Part shown: positions 35,435 through 44,768 of the stretch, piece after piece | How the letters are laid out: each line of letters starts with the position of its first letter | How positions within the stretch are numbered: the first letter of the stretch is position 1 | From: an uncultured Bacteroidales bacterium | GTDB taxonomy: Bacteria; Bacteroidota; Bacteroidia; Bacteroidales; CAIWKO01 | NCBI GenBank assembly: GCA_964469155.1 | Contig: CAYXXU010000002.1 | Span: 26,365-90,364 of the forward strand | DNA length: 64,000 bases | Direction: 5' to 3' | Program-made: the position numbers and the translations under genes | Notes under the pieces: generated by a model | What the model was told of the DNA's origin: nothing | Seen by the model: only the letters and a program-made list of their open reading frames with translations | The model's database searches: none

Positions 35435-37105
35435 ATGAAAACTGATATTGAAATAGCCCGCCAGGCAAAAGTAAAACACATTCGCGAAATAGGTGCTATG
35501 CTCGGCATAGAGGAAGATGATCTGCAATATTATGGCAAGTACAAAGCCAAATTGCCTTTAAAACTTATAGACAAGGAACTGGCCGCCAAACACAAACTTA
35601 TTTTAGTTTCAGCCATTTCGCCAACACCTGCCGGAGAAGGAAAAACTACGGTATCTATTGGATTATCTCAGGGTTTAAATCGTATTGGAAAAAAAACCAC
35701 GGTTGTATTGCGTGAACCTTCCCTGGGACCTGTATTTGGAATTAAAGGAGGAGCAGCAGGCGGTGGCTTTTCACAAGTATTGCCCATGGAGGATATCAAT
35801 CTGCATTTTACAGGCGATTTTGCTGCTATCGAAAAAGCAAACAATTTATTGGCTGCACTTATTGATAATAATATTCAAAACAAAAAAAATTATTTGGGAA
35901 TCGATCCTCGAACGGTTTCATGGCGACGTGTTATGGATATGAACGACCGTTCGCTCCGTAAAATAATTGTTGGATTAGGCGGTACCATGTCAGGAGTTCC
36001 CCGCGAAACAGGTTTCGATATTGTTGCAGCATCCGAGATCATGGCAATACTTTGTCTTGCTGACGACCTGAGCCATTTGAAAGAAAAAATGGGCAATATT
36101 TTTATTGGGTTTACCTACGATAAGAAACCAGTGTTTGCTCATGATCTGAATGCCAATGGCGCCATGGCTGCCTTACTGAAAGATGCCATTATGCCGAATT
36201 TAGTTCAAACCATAGAAAATACACCGGCCATAATACACGGAGGGCCTTTTGCCAATATTGCCCAGGGTACGAATTCGGTGATTGCCACCCGCATGGGACT
36301 CACCTTATCCGACTATGTGGTTACCGAAGCCGGGTTCGGGTTTGATCTGGGTGCTGAAAAATTTCTGGATATCAAATGCCGTTATGCAGGACTAGAGCCC
36401 AGTGCAGTTGTTCTGGTTGCCACAGTAAGGGCCTTGAAGTATCATGGTGGGGCCAACATTAAAAATCTTAAAGATCCCAATTTGGAAGCCTTAAGAAAAG
36501 GCCTCCCCAATCTTGAAAAGCACATCGAAAATATGAGTCTGTTTAATATCTGCCCTGTGGTTGCCATTAACAGATTTGACACCGACACCGATGAGGAACT
36601 GGAAATGGTTAAGACCCGTTGCAAGGAACTGGGGATCCCGGTGAGCATTGCTAACGTATGGGCCGAAGGCGGAGGTGGTGCATTAGAACTTGCCGAAACG
36701 GTTGCCAAAGTTGCCGAGCACTGTGTGTCTCAATTCAAACCGCTTTACGAATTAGATTGGTCGGTAGAGCAGAAAATTGAAACCATAGCAAAAAAAATAT
36801 ACGGAGCCGAACATGTTGATTGCACCACTAAAGCAAAAAAGGATCTCCAGAAAGTTTACAGCCTGGGGTTCGATAAACTGGCTATTTGTATGGCAAAAAC
36901 TCAAAAATCACTTTCTGATAATCCTGAATTACTCGGACGGCCTAAAGATTTTGTGGTCACGGTTCGTGAAATTGAGATTGCGGCGGGAGCAGGTTTTATC
37001 ATACCCATAACGGGTGAGATCATGCGTATGCCCGGTTTACCAGAAGTGCCGGCTGCCGAGCATATTGATATTGATTACGATGGTAATATAATTGGATTGT
37101 CCTAA
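35435..37105 (+). CDS. fhs: Formate--tetrahydrofolate ligase
   Basis: 556 aa. Contains PTPAGEGKTT and is collinear with FTHFS over the full length. Confidence 0.95.
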   Translation: MKTDIEIARQAKVKHIREIGAMLGIEEDDLQYYGKYKAKLPLKLIDKELAAKHKLILVSAISPTPAGEGKTTVSIGLSQGLNRIGKKTTVVLREPSLGPVFGIKGGAAGGGFSQVLPMEDINLHFTGDFAAIEKANNLLAALIDNNIQNKKNYLGIDPRTVSWRRVMDMNDRSLRKIIVGLGGTMSGVPRETGFDIVAASEIMAILCLADDLSHLKEKMGNIFIGFTYDKKPVFAHDLNANGAMAALLKDAIMPNLVQTIENTPAIIHGGPFANIAQGTNSVIATRMGLTLSDYVVTEAGFGFDLGAEKFLDIKCRYAGLEPSAVVLVATVRALKYHGGANIKNLKDPNLEALRKGLPNLEKHIENMSLFNICPVVAINRFDTDTDEELEMVKTRCKELGIPVSIANVWAEGGGGALELAETVAKVAEHCVSQFKPLYELDWSVEQKIETIAKKIYGAEHVDCTTKAKKDLQKVYSLGFDKLAICMAKTQKSLSDNPELLGRPKDFVVTVREIEIAAGAGFIIPITGEIMRMPGLPEVPAAEHIDIDYDGNIIGLS

Positions 37106-37341
37106 CCTTGACAAGCCAGAACCCTGCCTCGCCGGCAGGCAGGCAAAAAGGTAAAATCTCAAAAAACAAAAAACAAAAAGCAAATAAATCTCAAAAAACA
37201 ATGAAAACAATCCGCCAACCGACGGACCAAACAGTTTGAAATTTTTGAAATTTTGATATTGTAATTTATTTGTTATTTGATGTTTGAGCATTGTTATTTA
37301 AAATATTTTGCCAAAAAAACACGAATATTATCAATTAGATA

Positions 37342-37788
37342 CTAAGTATTATCTTTTGCAAACCATTCGGCATATGAAGTTACCGTTTCACAAAGTTTTA
37401 AACTGTAAAGACTGATGTGAGGTGGTAATTTTTTTTGAATCCGGAAAGCGAAATCTGCAATTAGATTTTCGCATGTAGGCTGATAAGGCGTAAGCATAAG
37501 ATTGTAATGAGTCTTCAACGAATCAATGATTGATGTTGGCGTTTTATCGTAAAGTGCCAGGGCGTGATCCACCTTGTCAACAATTTCTGTTACAACTATC
37601 TTTTTCAGATCTCCAAAATCCATCACCATACCATTGAGCGGTGAGGCATCATCATGAAGAATATTACCTGCAATGGTTACATACAGATAATACGAATGAC
37701 CATGTATGTTTTTGCATGGACCATCATATCCGAGCAGGGCATGGGCCATCTCGAATTTAAACTCTTTCGTAAGCCTGATCTTTGACAT
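37342..37788 (-). CDS. queD: 6-carboxytetrahydropterin synthase
   Basis: 148 aa. CKNIHGHSY motif and PTPS fold signature. Confidence 0.88.
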   Translation of the reverse strand: MSKIRLTKEFKFEMAHALLGYDGPCKNIHGHSYYLYVTIAGNILHDDASPLNGMVMDFGDLKKIVVTEIVDKVDHALALYDKTPTSIIDSLKTHYNLMLTPYQPTCENLIADFAFRIQKKLPPHISLYSLKLCETVTSYAEWFAKDNT

Positions 37789-37876
37789 GGTAAAGATTTA
37801 TTGTGAAATTTATTTTGTTTTTACGGGTTTGAATTTACTGATATTCGTAGTTTGAGATTAATTTATTATCTGAAAT

Positions 37877-38434
37877 TTAAACAGTCAGATGTTCAATCAA
37901 AATTTTCGTTCCTATCCCTATCAATACAAGCCCTCCCACAAGTTCAGCCCTTCTGCCGAAAACCGATCCCAGACTTTTACCCATCCTGAATCCGACCATC
38001 GAAATAAAAAGTGTGATGCAACCAATAATGACCACCGTTTTTAAAATACTTACATCCAGGAAAGCAAAGCTGACACCTATCATTAGTGCATCAATGCTTG
38101 TGGCGACAGAAAGGCTTAATATCAGCCACATGTCGGTCAATTTTATTTCCTTTTTATTGGTTGTTTTGAAAGATTCAATAACCATCTTTAACCCGATAAT
38201 ACCAAGTATACCAAAAGCTATCCAATGATCAAAGGCCAATATATAATTTTTAAACGATAAGCCCAGCAGCCATCCTATAACAGGCATTATGCCCTGAAAA
38301 AACCCGAAAAAAATTCCTATCTTAAGTGCCTCCGGAAACCTGATCTCTTTTTTAATGACACTGCACGAAATTGATACTGCCAGGCAATCCATTGCCAGCC
38401 CGATACTAATCAATATAATTTCAAGTAAACTCAA
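37877..38434 (-). CDS. mntP: Manganese efflux pump MntP
   Basis: 185 aa. Duplicated DUF204 halves with MDCLAVS and IDALMIGVS motifs. Confidence 0.88.
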   Translation of the reverse strand: MSLLEIILISIGLAMDCLAVSISCSVIKKEIRFPEALKIGIFFGFFQGIMPVIGWLLGLSFKNYILAFDHWIAFGILGIIGLKMVIESFKTTNKKEIKLTDMWLILSLSVATSIDALMIGVSFAFLDVSILKTVVIIGCITLFISMVGFRMGKSLGSVFGRRAELVGGLVLIGIGTKILIEHLTV

Positions 38435-38540
38435 CAGCTGATTTTGAATAAAAATTTAATGAAATATTTTAGGGACAAGTCTGATCGATATTACAAAAAA
38501 CAGTGAAGCAGATAATACCGGGCAGTCAAATGCCTGAATA

Positions 38541-39923
38541 TTATCCTTCCACTTTTTCAAGTTCTATGGTAAAGTGGCGCATGATGGGCGCTTCATATTT
38601 AATAGAATATCCATGTTGAATTTCATTCCGGCGCTCAAATACATTGTTAAGTGCCACAGCAATGTAATCCATATGATTATTGGTATAAACCCTTCTCGGG
38701 ATTGCCAGACGCAAAAATTCAAGAGATGGATAACGGTTAACGCGTGAAACCGGATCACGATCGGCAAGCAAAGTACCAATTTCAACCCCCCTTACGCCGC
38801 CTTCCACGTATAGTTCAACGGCCAGGGTTTGTGCCTGGTATTCTTCGCGCGGAATATGTCCCATAAATTTTTTTGCATCTACAAAAATAGCGTGTCCGCC
38901 AAAAGGTTCTTGTAAAGGAATGCCAAAACTTTTTAATCGCCCGCCTAAATAAGCTACCTGCTTAATACGCGTGTCCAGATAGTCAAAATCTGTTCCTTCA
39001 AACAGGCCCTGGGCCACAGCATTCATATCACGCCCTGACATGCCTCCGTAAGTGATATAACCTTCAAAAATAATATTAAAGACCGAGGCTTGCCTGAACA
39101 ATTCTTCATCATGCATTGCAATAAAACCGCCCATATTTACGATAGCATCTTTCTTGCTGCTCATGGTCATGCCATCTGCATAACTGAACATTTCCTTTAC
39201 AATCTCTTTAATGCTTTTATTTTCGTAACCTTTTTCCCTGATCTTAATAAAATAGGCGTTCTCAGCAAAACGGGCAGAATCAAAGATTACCTTAACTCCA
39301 TATTTCTTCGACAAAGCACGAACTTCCCTCAGATTTTCCATCGAAACGGGTTGCCCGCCCGAACTGTTACAGGTAATAGTAACAATTATCATTGAGATAT
39401 TTTCCTTGGGATTGTTTTGTAACAAATTCTCCAGTTTGTTCAGGTCGATATTCCCTTTAAAGGGGTGATTAATGGTAGTGTCAAATGCTTCATCGATAGT
39501 GCAATCTATAGCTGTTGCTTTACGAAACTCAATATGCCCCTTGGTTGTATCGAAATGCGAATTTCCCGGCACCAGGTTTCCTTCTTTGACCATTACCGAA
39601 AACAACACATTTTCAGCAGCCCTGCCTTGATGAGTTGGTAAAAAATACTCAAAACCGGTAATATCTGTAATGGCATTTTTTAGCTTAAAATAGGAAGTGG
39701 CTCCGGCGTAGCTTTCATCGCCCAGCATCATTTCCGCCCATTGTTTATCACTCATAGCGCCTGTTCCCGAATCCGTAAGCAGGTCAATAAACACTTGTTC
39801 GCTTCGTAAATTGAACAAATTATATTTAGCTTCCTTGATCCATTGTTTTCTTTGATCTTTCGTGCTGCGATGCATAGCTTCGACCATTTTTATTTTATAC
39901 GATTCGGCAAACGGTAATTCCAT
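38541..39923 (-). CDS. tnaA: Tryptophanase / tyrosine phenol-lyase family beta-eliminating lyase
   Basis: Start taken at MELPFAESYKIKMVE. The PLP-lysine context is MSSKKDAIVNMGG. Trp versus Tyr specificity is not resolved. Confidence 0.88.
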   Translation of the reverse strand: MELPFAESYKIKMVEAMHRSTKDQRKQWIKEAKYNLFNLRSEQVFIDLLTDSGTGAMSDKQWAEMMLGDESYAGATSYFKLKNAITDITGFEYFLPTHQGRAAENVLFSVMVKEGNLVPGNSHFDTTKGHIEFRKATAIDCTIDEAFDTTINHPFKGNIDLNKLENLLQNNPKENISMIIVTITCNSSGGQPVSMENLREVRALSKKYGVKVIFDSARFAENAYFIKIREKGYENKSIKEIVKEMFSYADGMTMSSKKDAIVNMGGFIAMHDEELFRQASVFNIIFEGYITYGGMSGRDMNAVAQGLFEGTDFDYLDTRIKQVAYLGGRLKSFGIPLQEPFGGHAIFVDAKKFMGHIPREEYQAQTLAVELYVEGGVRGVEIGTLLADRDPVSRVNRYPSLEFLRLAIPRRVYTNNHMDYIAVALNNVFERRNEIQHGYSIKYEAPIMRHFTIELEKVEG

Positions 39924-40084
39924 ATCTTTTTTTTTATGATTTTCAAATATAAACAATGTTCTCTATCACTTTCAATATTCGGGCAAAATTATTTGTTTTT
40001 CACAACTTTTTGTTTGTATTTTTTTATTTATTTAAAGTTTAGGCTGTTTTTTTCGTTTAGGTTTGTGGCTTAATTGGTTTTAAT

Positions 40085-41443
40085 ATGAAAATACATTTCA
40101 TTGCCATAGGCGGAAGTGTTATGCACAATATGGCTCTGGCCATGAACAATGCTGGTCATACAGTGAGTGGGTCCGACGACGAAATATTCGAACCTGCCAA
40201 AAGCCGGCTCAGCGCCAAAGGAATTCTGCCCGCAGAAACGGGATGGTTTGCCGAAAAAATTCATACCGGCCTGGATGCCATTATACTCGGGATGCATGCC
40301 CGCGAAGACAATCCCGAACTTATTCGCGCCAAAGAAGTGGGCCTGAAGATTTATTCCTTTCCCGAATACATTTACGAACAATCGCGCAACAAAACCCGCG
40401 TTGTGATTGGTGGCAGCCACGGAAAAACCACCATCACCGCCATGATCATGCACGTGTTGCATACTTTAGGCCGCGATTTCGACTACATGGTAGGGGCACA
40501 GTTGGAAGGTTTCGAAACCATGTTCCGCATTTCCGATGCACCTGTTATTATCCTCGAAGGCGACGAATACCTTACTTCCACCCTCGACCGCCGCCCCAAA
40601 TTCCATCTCTACAAACCCAACATAGCTTTGCTCACCGGTATAGCCTGGGATCACATCAATGTATTTCCCACTTTCGAAATCTATATTGAACAGTTTCGCA
40701 AATTCATTGAACTTATAGAACCCAACGGTAGCCTTATCTATTGCGAAACCGATCCCATTTTGAACGATATTTGTTCCCAAGCCCGTTACGGTATTAAATT
40801 GTTTCCTTACGCCACCCCTCAGCATACTATTAAAAATGGTATCACCACTGTTACATTCGGCGAACTTCATTCCGATATTCAGGTGTTTGGAAAACACAAC
40901 CTGGCCAACCTAAACGGCGCCCGGTTGGTATGCGAAAACCTCGGGATTTCCGCGGCTGAATTTCTCGAAGCCATAAAAACCTTCAAAGGAGCAGCCAAAC
41001 GTCTCGAACTGGTTGGTAAAAATTCCGGCGCTGCTTTTTATAAGGATTTTGCCCATTCGCCCTCCAAACTCAAAGCAAGCCTCGATGCGGTCAGCGAACA
41101 ATTTCCTGAGCGAAAGCTGGTGGCCTGTATGGAACTTCACACGTATAGCAGCCTGAACAGCGATTTCTTACAAGAATATCATGCTGCCATGGATAAGGCC
41201 GATGTCGCTATAGTGTATTACAGCGCTCATGCCCTGGAGATAAAGAAAATGCCTCCTCTTTCGCAGGAATTGATCAAACGGTCATTTGGCCGCAACGACC
41301 TGTTGATATTTACTGATAGGGACCAACTCACCGCTTTTCTGAAAACCCAAACCTGGAAAAATCAAAACCTGCTGATGATGAGTTCGGGCGGGTATGATGG
41401 GTTGGATTTTGCGGGTTTATCGCAGCAGTTGCAAATCAGCTGA
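40085..41443 (+). CDS. mpl: UDP-N-acetylmuramate:L-Ala-gamma-D-Glu-meso-DAP ligase
   Basis: 452 aa. N-terminus MKIHFIAIGGSVMHNMA and ATP site GGSHGKTT, giving Mur ligase architecture. Confidence 0.9.
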   Translation: MKIHFIAIGGSVMHNMALAMNNAGHTVSGSDDEIFEPAKSRLSAKGILPAETGWFAEKIHTGLDAIILGMHAREDNPELIRAKEVGLKIYSFPEYIYEQSRNKTRVVIGGSHGKTTITAMIMHVLHTLGRDFDYMVGAQLEGFETMFRISDAPVIILEGDEYLTSTLDRRPKFHLYKPNIALLTGIAWDHINVFPTFEIYIEQFRKFIELIEPNGSLIYCETDPILNDICSQARYGIKLFPYATPQHTIKNGITTVTFGELHSDIQVFGKHNLANLNGARLVCENLGISAAEFLEAIKTFKGAAKRLELVGKNSGAAFYKDFAHSPSKLKASLDAVSEQFPERKLVACMELHTYSSLNSDFLQEYHAAMDKADVAIVYYSAHALEIKKMPPLSQELIKRSFGRNDLLIFTDRDQLTAFLKTQTWKNQNLLMMSSGGYDGLDFAGLSQQLQIS

Positions 41444-41534
41444 AGTCAATACTATATCACCTAACATCAAACCCGCGAGCTGAGAAATCATATCCCCAAG
41501 CTGATGCAAATCAACTGAGAACACAAATAAACCC

Positions 41535-41828
41535 CTGTTCAAAGGCACGCTGTTTACATCCAATGACATGCTGTTAACATCCTATAGCACGCTGTTGACA
41601 TCCTATGACACGACGTTAACATCCTATGACACGACGTTAACATCCTATGATACGACGTTAACATCCTATGATACGACGTTAACATCCTATGGCACGACGT
41701 TAACATCCAATGATACGCTGTTAACATCCAATGGCACGCTGTTAACATCCTATGACTCGATGTTAACATCCAATGATACGCTGTTAACATCCAATGATAC
41801 GCTGTTAACATCCAATGGCACGACGTTA
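41535..41828. repeat. 21-bp tandem array C (14 units)
   Basis: Units are in exact register. Consensus is acatcc(t/a)atga(c/t)acg(a/c)cgtta. The first unit (41535-41555) is degenerate. A GTTAAC palindrome sits at every unit junction. Confidence 0.95.
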
Positions 41829-41834
41829 ACAAAA

Positions 41835-41863
41835 AGAGTGCAACCGAAATTGCACTCTTTTTT
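41835..41863. terminator. Bidirectional intrinsic terminator between mpl and the tRNA methyltransferase gene
   Basis: agagtgcaa-ccgaaa-ttgcactct forms a 9-bp stem, flanked by an A-run (41831-41834) and a T-run (41859-41863). Confidence 0.85.
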
Positions 41864-41916
41864 CATTAAGGAATCATTAACTGACACGTATTATTGGGTT
41901 CAATTGTAGAGAAATT

Positions 41917-42624
41917 CTACAAATAGAAATCTTTTGTCAATTCAATATAGGCTGCGGTATATTCATTGTCTTCGCCCCGTATCACCAATTCATCCCACTC
42001 TGCAGTCATAACCATCTGCTTTTGCAGACAAAAAATAAGCCTGACAGGTGGTTTATCTGCTTTATCAAAGATAGTCAGCATTTTCCTGCAGAATAGGCTG
42101 TGTGCTAAAGCAGCGTTTAAAAAACCAATCTTTTCTGAAACCGGCATAATCACCCAAAACGTCCCCGATTCATACAATAGTTGGACAACACATTTGCATA
42201 ATTCAGTAAAGCTTAGTTCTTCGGAATGTTTCGACTGCCGGGTGGCAGCCTCTGCACTTTTCAGTTGTTCATGAAAATAGGGAGGGTTGCTGATGATGAA
42301 ATTGTATTTACCCTGACTTTGGTAGGTAAATTCCTGAACGGGCACATGGTAAACCTTTAAGCGCAAAGCCCAGGGGCTGTTTTCGAAATTCTGCTGAGCC
42401 TGGCAGGCGGCAGCTTTATTAATTTCAACGGAATCAATCGTCGCCTGTCGGCTTTGTTGTGCCATCATTAGGGCTAATATGCCGCATCCGCATCCTATAT
42501 CAAGTATTCTTCCCGATGCAGGGGGGTTGGCATAAGCTCCCAGCAATATAGCATCCGTACTCAGTTTCTGGCCGCAATCAGCATCCGAAACCGAAAATTC
42601 TTTACATTGAAATGTGGGGATCAT
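41917..42624 (-). CDS. yfiC: tRNA1(Val) (adenine37-N6)-methyltransferase-like SAM methyltransferase
   Basis: 235 aa. SAM site ILDIGCGCGILAL and catalytic NPPY (IISNPPYF). Confidence 0.8.
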   Translation of the reverse strand: MIPTFQCKEFSVSDADCGQKLSTDAILLGAYANPPASGRILDIGCGCGILALMMAQQSRQATIDSVEINKAAACQAQQNFENSPWALRLKVYHVPVQEFTYQSQGKYNFIISNPPYFHEQLKSAEAATRQSKHSEELSFTELCKCVVQLLYESGTFWVIMPVSEKIGFLNAALAHSLFCRKMLTIFDKADKPPVRLIFCLQKQMVMTAEWDELVIRGEDNEYTAAYIELTKDFYL

Positions 42625-43148
42625 TGCTGATAAAATTCAATCAGTCCGTCAGGTGCGGCTATCAGCATAGTTTTCTTTTTTAAGTCGATTTTTCTGATAA
42701 AATCTTCATTCAGGGGTATCAGAATTTCTTTTTTACCCTGGAATATCTGCATAATGCTTTGTTGCGGAAGTTCCATTATCTGGCTTATCTCGCCAATATA
42801 ACCGGCTGCAACATCGGTAACTTTAAATCCCAACAATTCATCCAGGTTCAATTCTTCAACCTCAGCTTGTTTCTTTTCTGTTTCCGTAATATAGACCTGG
42901 CAGCCAAGTAGTTTCTGAGCTTCCTCCTGACTATCGATGTCTTCGAATTTTAACGCAACCGCATTCTTAAATTGCAGGCTGAATTCTGTAATAAAAAAAG
43001 GAACCCGTTCGTGTTTTATTTCAACAAAAACGGATTCCAGTTTTTCGTATTTCTCAGGAGTACCGGTATTGGTAATAACAATAACCTGACCTTTATAACC
43101 AAATGTTTTCGAAATTTTACCCAGACAGAAAAAACTAACTTTATCCAT
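42621..43148 (-). CDS. rimM: 16S rRNA processing protein RimM
   Basis: 175 aa. Located downstream of rpsP, with RimM N-domain plus PRC-barrel pattern. Confidence 0.85.
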   Translation of the reverse strand: MDKVSFFCLGKISKTFGYKGQVIVITNTGTPEKYEKLESVFVEIKHERVPFFITEFSLQFKNAVALKFEDIDSQEEAQKLLGCQVYITETEKKQAEVEELNLDELLGFKVTDVAAGYIGEISQIMELPQQSIMQIFQGKKEILIPLNEDFIRKIDLKKKTMLIAAPDGLIEFYQQ

Positions 43149-43165
43149 CCTCTGAGGGTTAAAAT

Positions 43166-43840
43166 TTATTCGGGTTTTTCTTCGGTGGTTTCTTCAGTAG
43201 CAGTTGTTTCTTCAGGGGCTGTTTCAGGAGTAACATCCGCAATTACTTCAGGAGTTACTTCAGCAACTACTTCTTCAGTAGCTTCAGGAGTCACTTCAGC
43301 TACAGTTTCTTCAACGGCATCTTCCAACTCAGTTTCAGCTTCAGCAGGAGTTTCTTCCAAAGCTAATTCCTTAGCCAGTTCTTTGGCTTTTTTCTTTGCA
43401 ACTTCCTGGGCTTTGGCTAAATTAGCTTTAGTTTCAGCTTCATGACGTTTCTTTTGTTTTTCTTTTTTCGTCAAAACAAGCTCGTTTTTCTTTGCCGAGA
43501 TCTTTGCTTCTTTTTCCTGCAACCAAACCTGGAATTTTGCTTCGGCTTGCTCAAGGGTTAATGCTCCTTTTGAAACACCCTTCAATAAGTGGTTTTTGTA
43601 CAAAACACCTTTGTACATTAAAATTGCTTTAGCGGTATCGGTGGGCTTTGCGCCTTTGTTTAACCAATCCAAAGCTTTATCGAAATCGAGGTTGATTTCG
43701 GCTGGAATTGCAAGTGGGTTGTAGGTGCCAATTCTTTCAATGAACTTTCCATCACGTGGTGCACGACCATCTGCAATTACAATGTGGTAAAAAGGCATCC
43801 CTTTTTTTCCATGACGTTGTAATCTGATTTTTGCTGGCAT
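43166..43840 (-). CDS. rpsP: 30S ribosomal protein S16 with long charged C-terminal extension
   Basis: The N-terminal ~85 aa are [42 protein letters not shown]. They are followed by ~135 aa of K/E/A/T-rich sequence. Confidence 0.93.
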   Translation of the reverse strand: MPAKIRLQRHGKKGMPFYHIVIADGRAPRDGKFIERIGTYNPLAIPAEINLDFDKALDWLNKGAKPTDTAKAILMYKGVLYKNHLLKGVSKGALTLEQAEAKFQVWLQEKEAKISAKKNELVLTKKEKQKKRHEAETKANLAKAQEVAKKKAKELAKELALEETPAEAETELEDAVEETVAEVTPEATEEVVAEVTPEVIADVTPETAPEETTATEETTEEKPE

Positions 43841-43955
43841 GTTTGTTTAATTTTTAATTGTTTAGAACGATTTTTTTAATTTGGGGTGCAAAGATGCGAC
43901 TTTTTTTCGGAATACGAAAATATTTTAGGCTTTTTAAATGAATAATTAATGAAAA

Positions 43956-44768
43956 TCAGATGATATCCTTCTTTTCTTTACCGTATCCATTACGCTTATA
44001 ACCCTTCATAATTCCACGGTTTGAATTAACAATAAAAGAAATGATCTCGTCGCGTTCGGGGGTAGCAGGTATTTCTGCTTCAATATACTCTAAAGCTTGA
44101 CTGACATTATATTTTTGTAGGAAAATGATGCGATAGATTTCCTGAATTTCCTTTATCTTTTCAGATGAAAAACCCCGACGACGCAAACCAATAGAATTTA
44201 TTCCTGCATAAGCCAAAGGATCGCGGGCTGCCTTACAATAAGGAGGAACATCTTTCCCAACCAATCCCCCGCCCGATATAAAAGAATGGGTTCCGATATT
44301 AACGAATTGATGAACTGCCACCATTCCGCCAACTATTGCCCAGTCGTCAATCTTAATGTGTCCGGCCAAAGCTGCCGAATTGGCAATGATCACATGGTTG
44401 CCGATAATACAATCATGAGCAATATGGACATAGGCCATTAATAAACAATTATCGCCCACTATGGTTTCAAAATTTGCTTTAGTTCCGCGGTTAATGGTGA
44501 CAAATTCACGAATGGTAACATTATTGCCAATCTTTACAATAGATTCTTCTCCTGCAAATTTCAGGTCCTGGGGTATAGCTGAAATTACGGCCCCCGGAAA
44601 TATCTTGCAGTTCTTTCCGATACGGGCGCCTTCCTGAATAGTTACATTAGGTCCTATCCAGGAACCCTCACCAATTTCTACATTTTTATCAATGGTAACA
44701 AAGGGTTCGATTACAACATTAGCAGCAATTTTTGCCTGAGGATGCACATAAGCTAAAGGTTGATTCAT
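43956..44768 (-). CDS. lpxA: Acyl-ACP--UDP-GlcNAc O-acyltransferase
   Basis: 270 aa. Hexapeptide repeats and an LpxA C-terminal helical domain. It overlaps lpxC-fabZ by 4 nt. Confidence 0.92.
   Translation of the reverse strand: MNQPLAYVHPQAKIAANVVIEPFVTIDKNVEIGEGSWIGPNVTIQEGARIGKNCKIFPGAVISAIPQDLKFAGEESIVKIGNNVTIREFVTINRGTKANFETIVGDNCLLMAYVHIAHDCIIGNHVIIANSAALAGHIKIDDWAIVGGMVAVHQFVNIGTHSFISGGGLVGKDVPPYCKAARDPLAYAGINSIGLRRRGFSSEKIKEIQEIYRIIFLQKYNVSQALEYIEAEIPATPERDEIISFIVNSNRGIMKGYKRNGYGKEKKDII

Noticed and set aside
37123-37139. Hairpin cctgcc-tcgcc-ggcagg after fhs as an intrinsic terminator
   Set aside because: The stem is only 6 bp and no U-tract follows on the plus strand. This is too weak to call.
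38435-38540. Expected yybP-ykoY manganese riboswitch upstream of mntP
   Set aside because: The 106-nt spacer lacks the conserved GGGGAGUA and UUGACA-type cores when read on the minus strand. The spacer is also short and AT-rich.
40070-40897. ORFs of 130 and 143 aa (minus strand) and 148 aa (plus strand, alternate frame) overlapping mpl
   Set aside because: They are shadow ORFs inside a well-supported Mur-ligase gene. The R/P/H-rich composition is typical of out-of-frame translation.
41554-41909. ORFs of 92 and 113 aa (MLTSYHR / TTLTSYD repeats)
   Set aside because: They are translation artefacts of array C.
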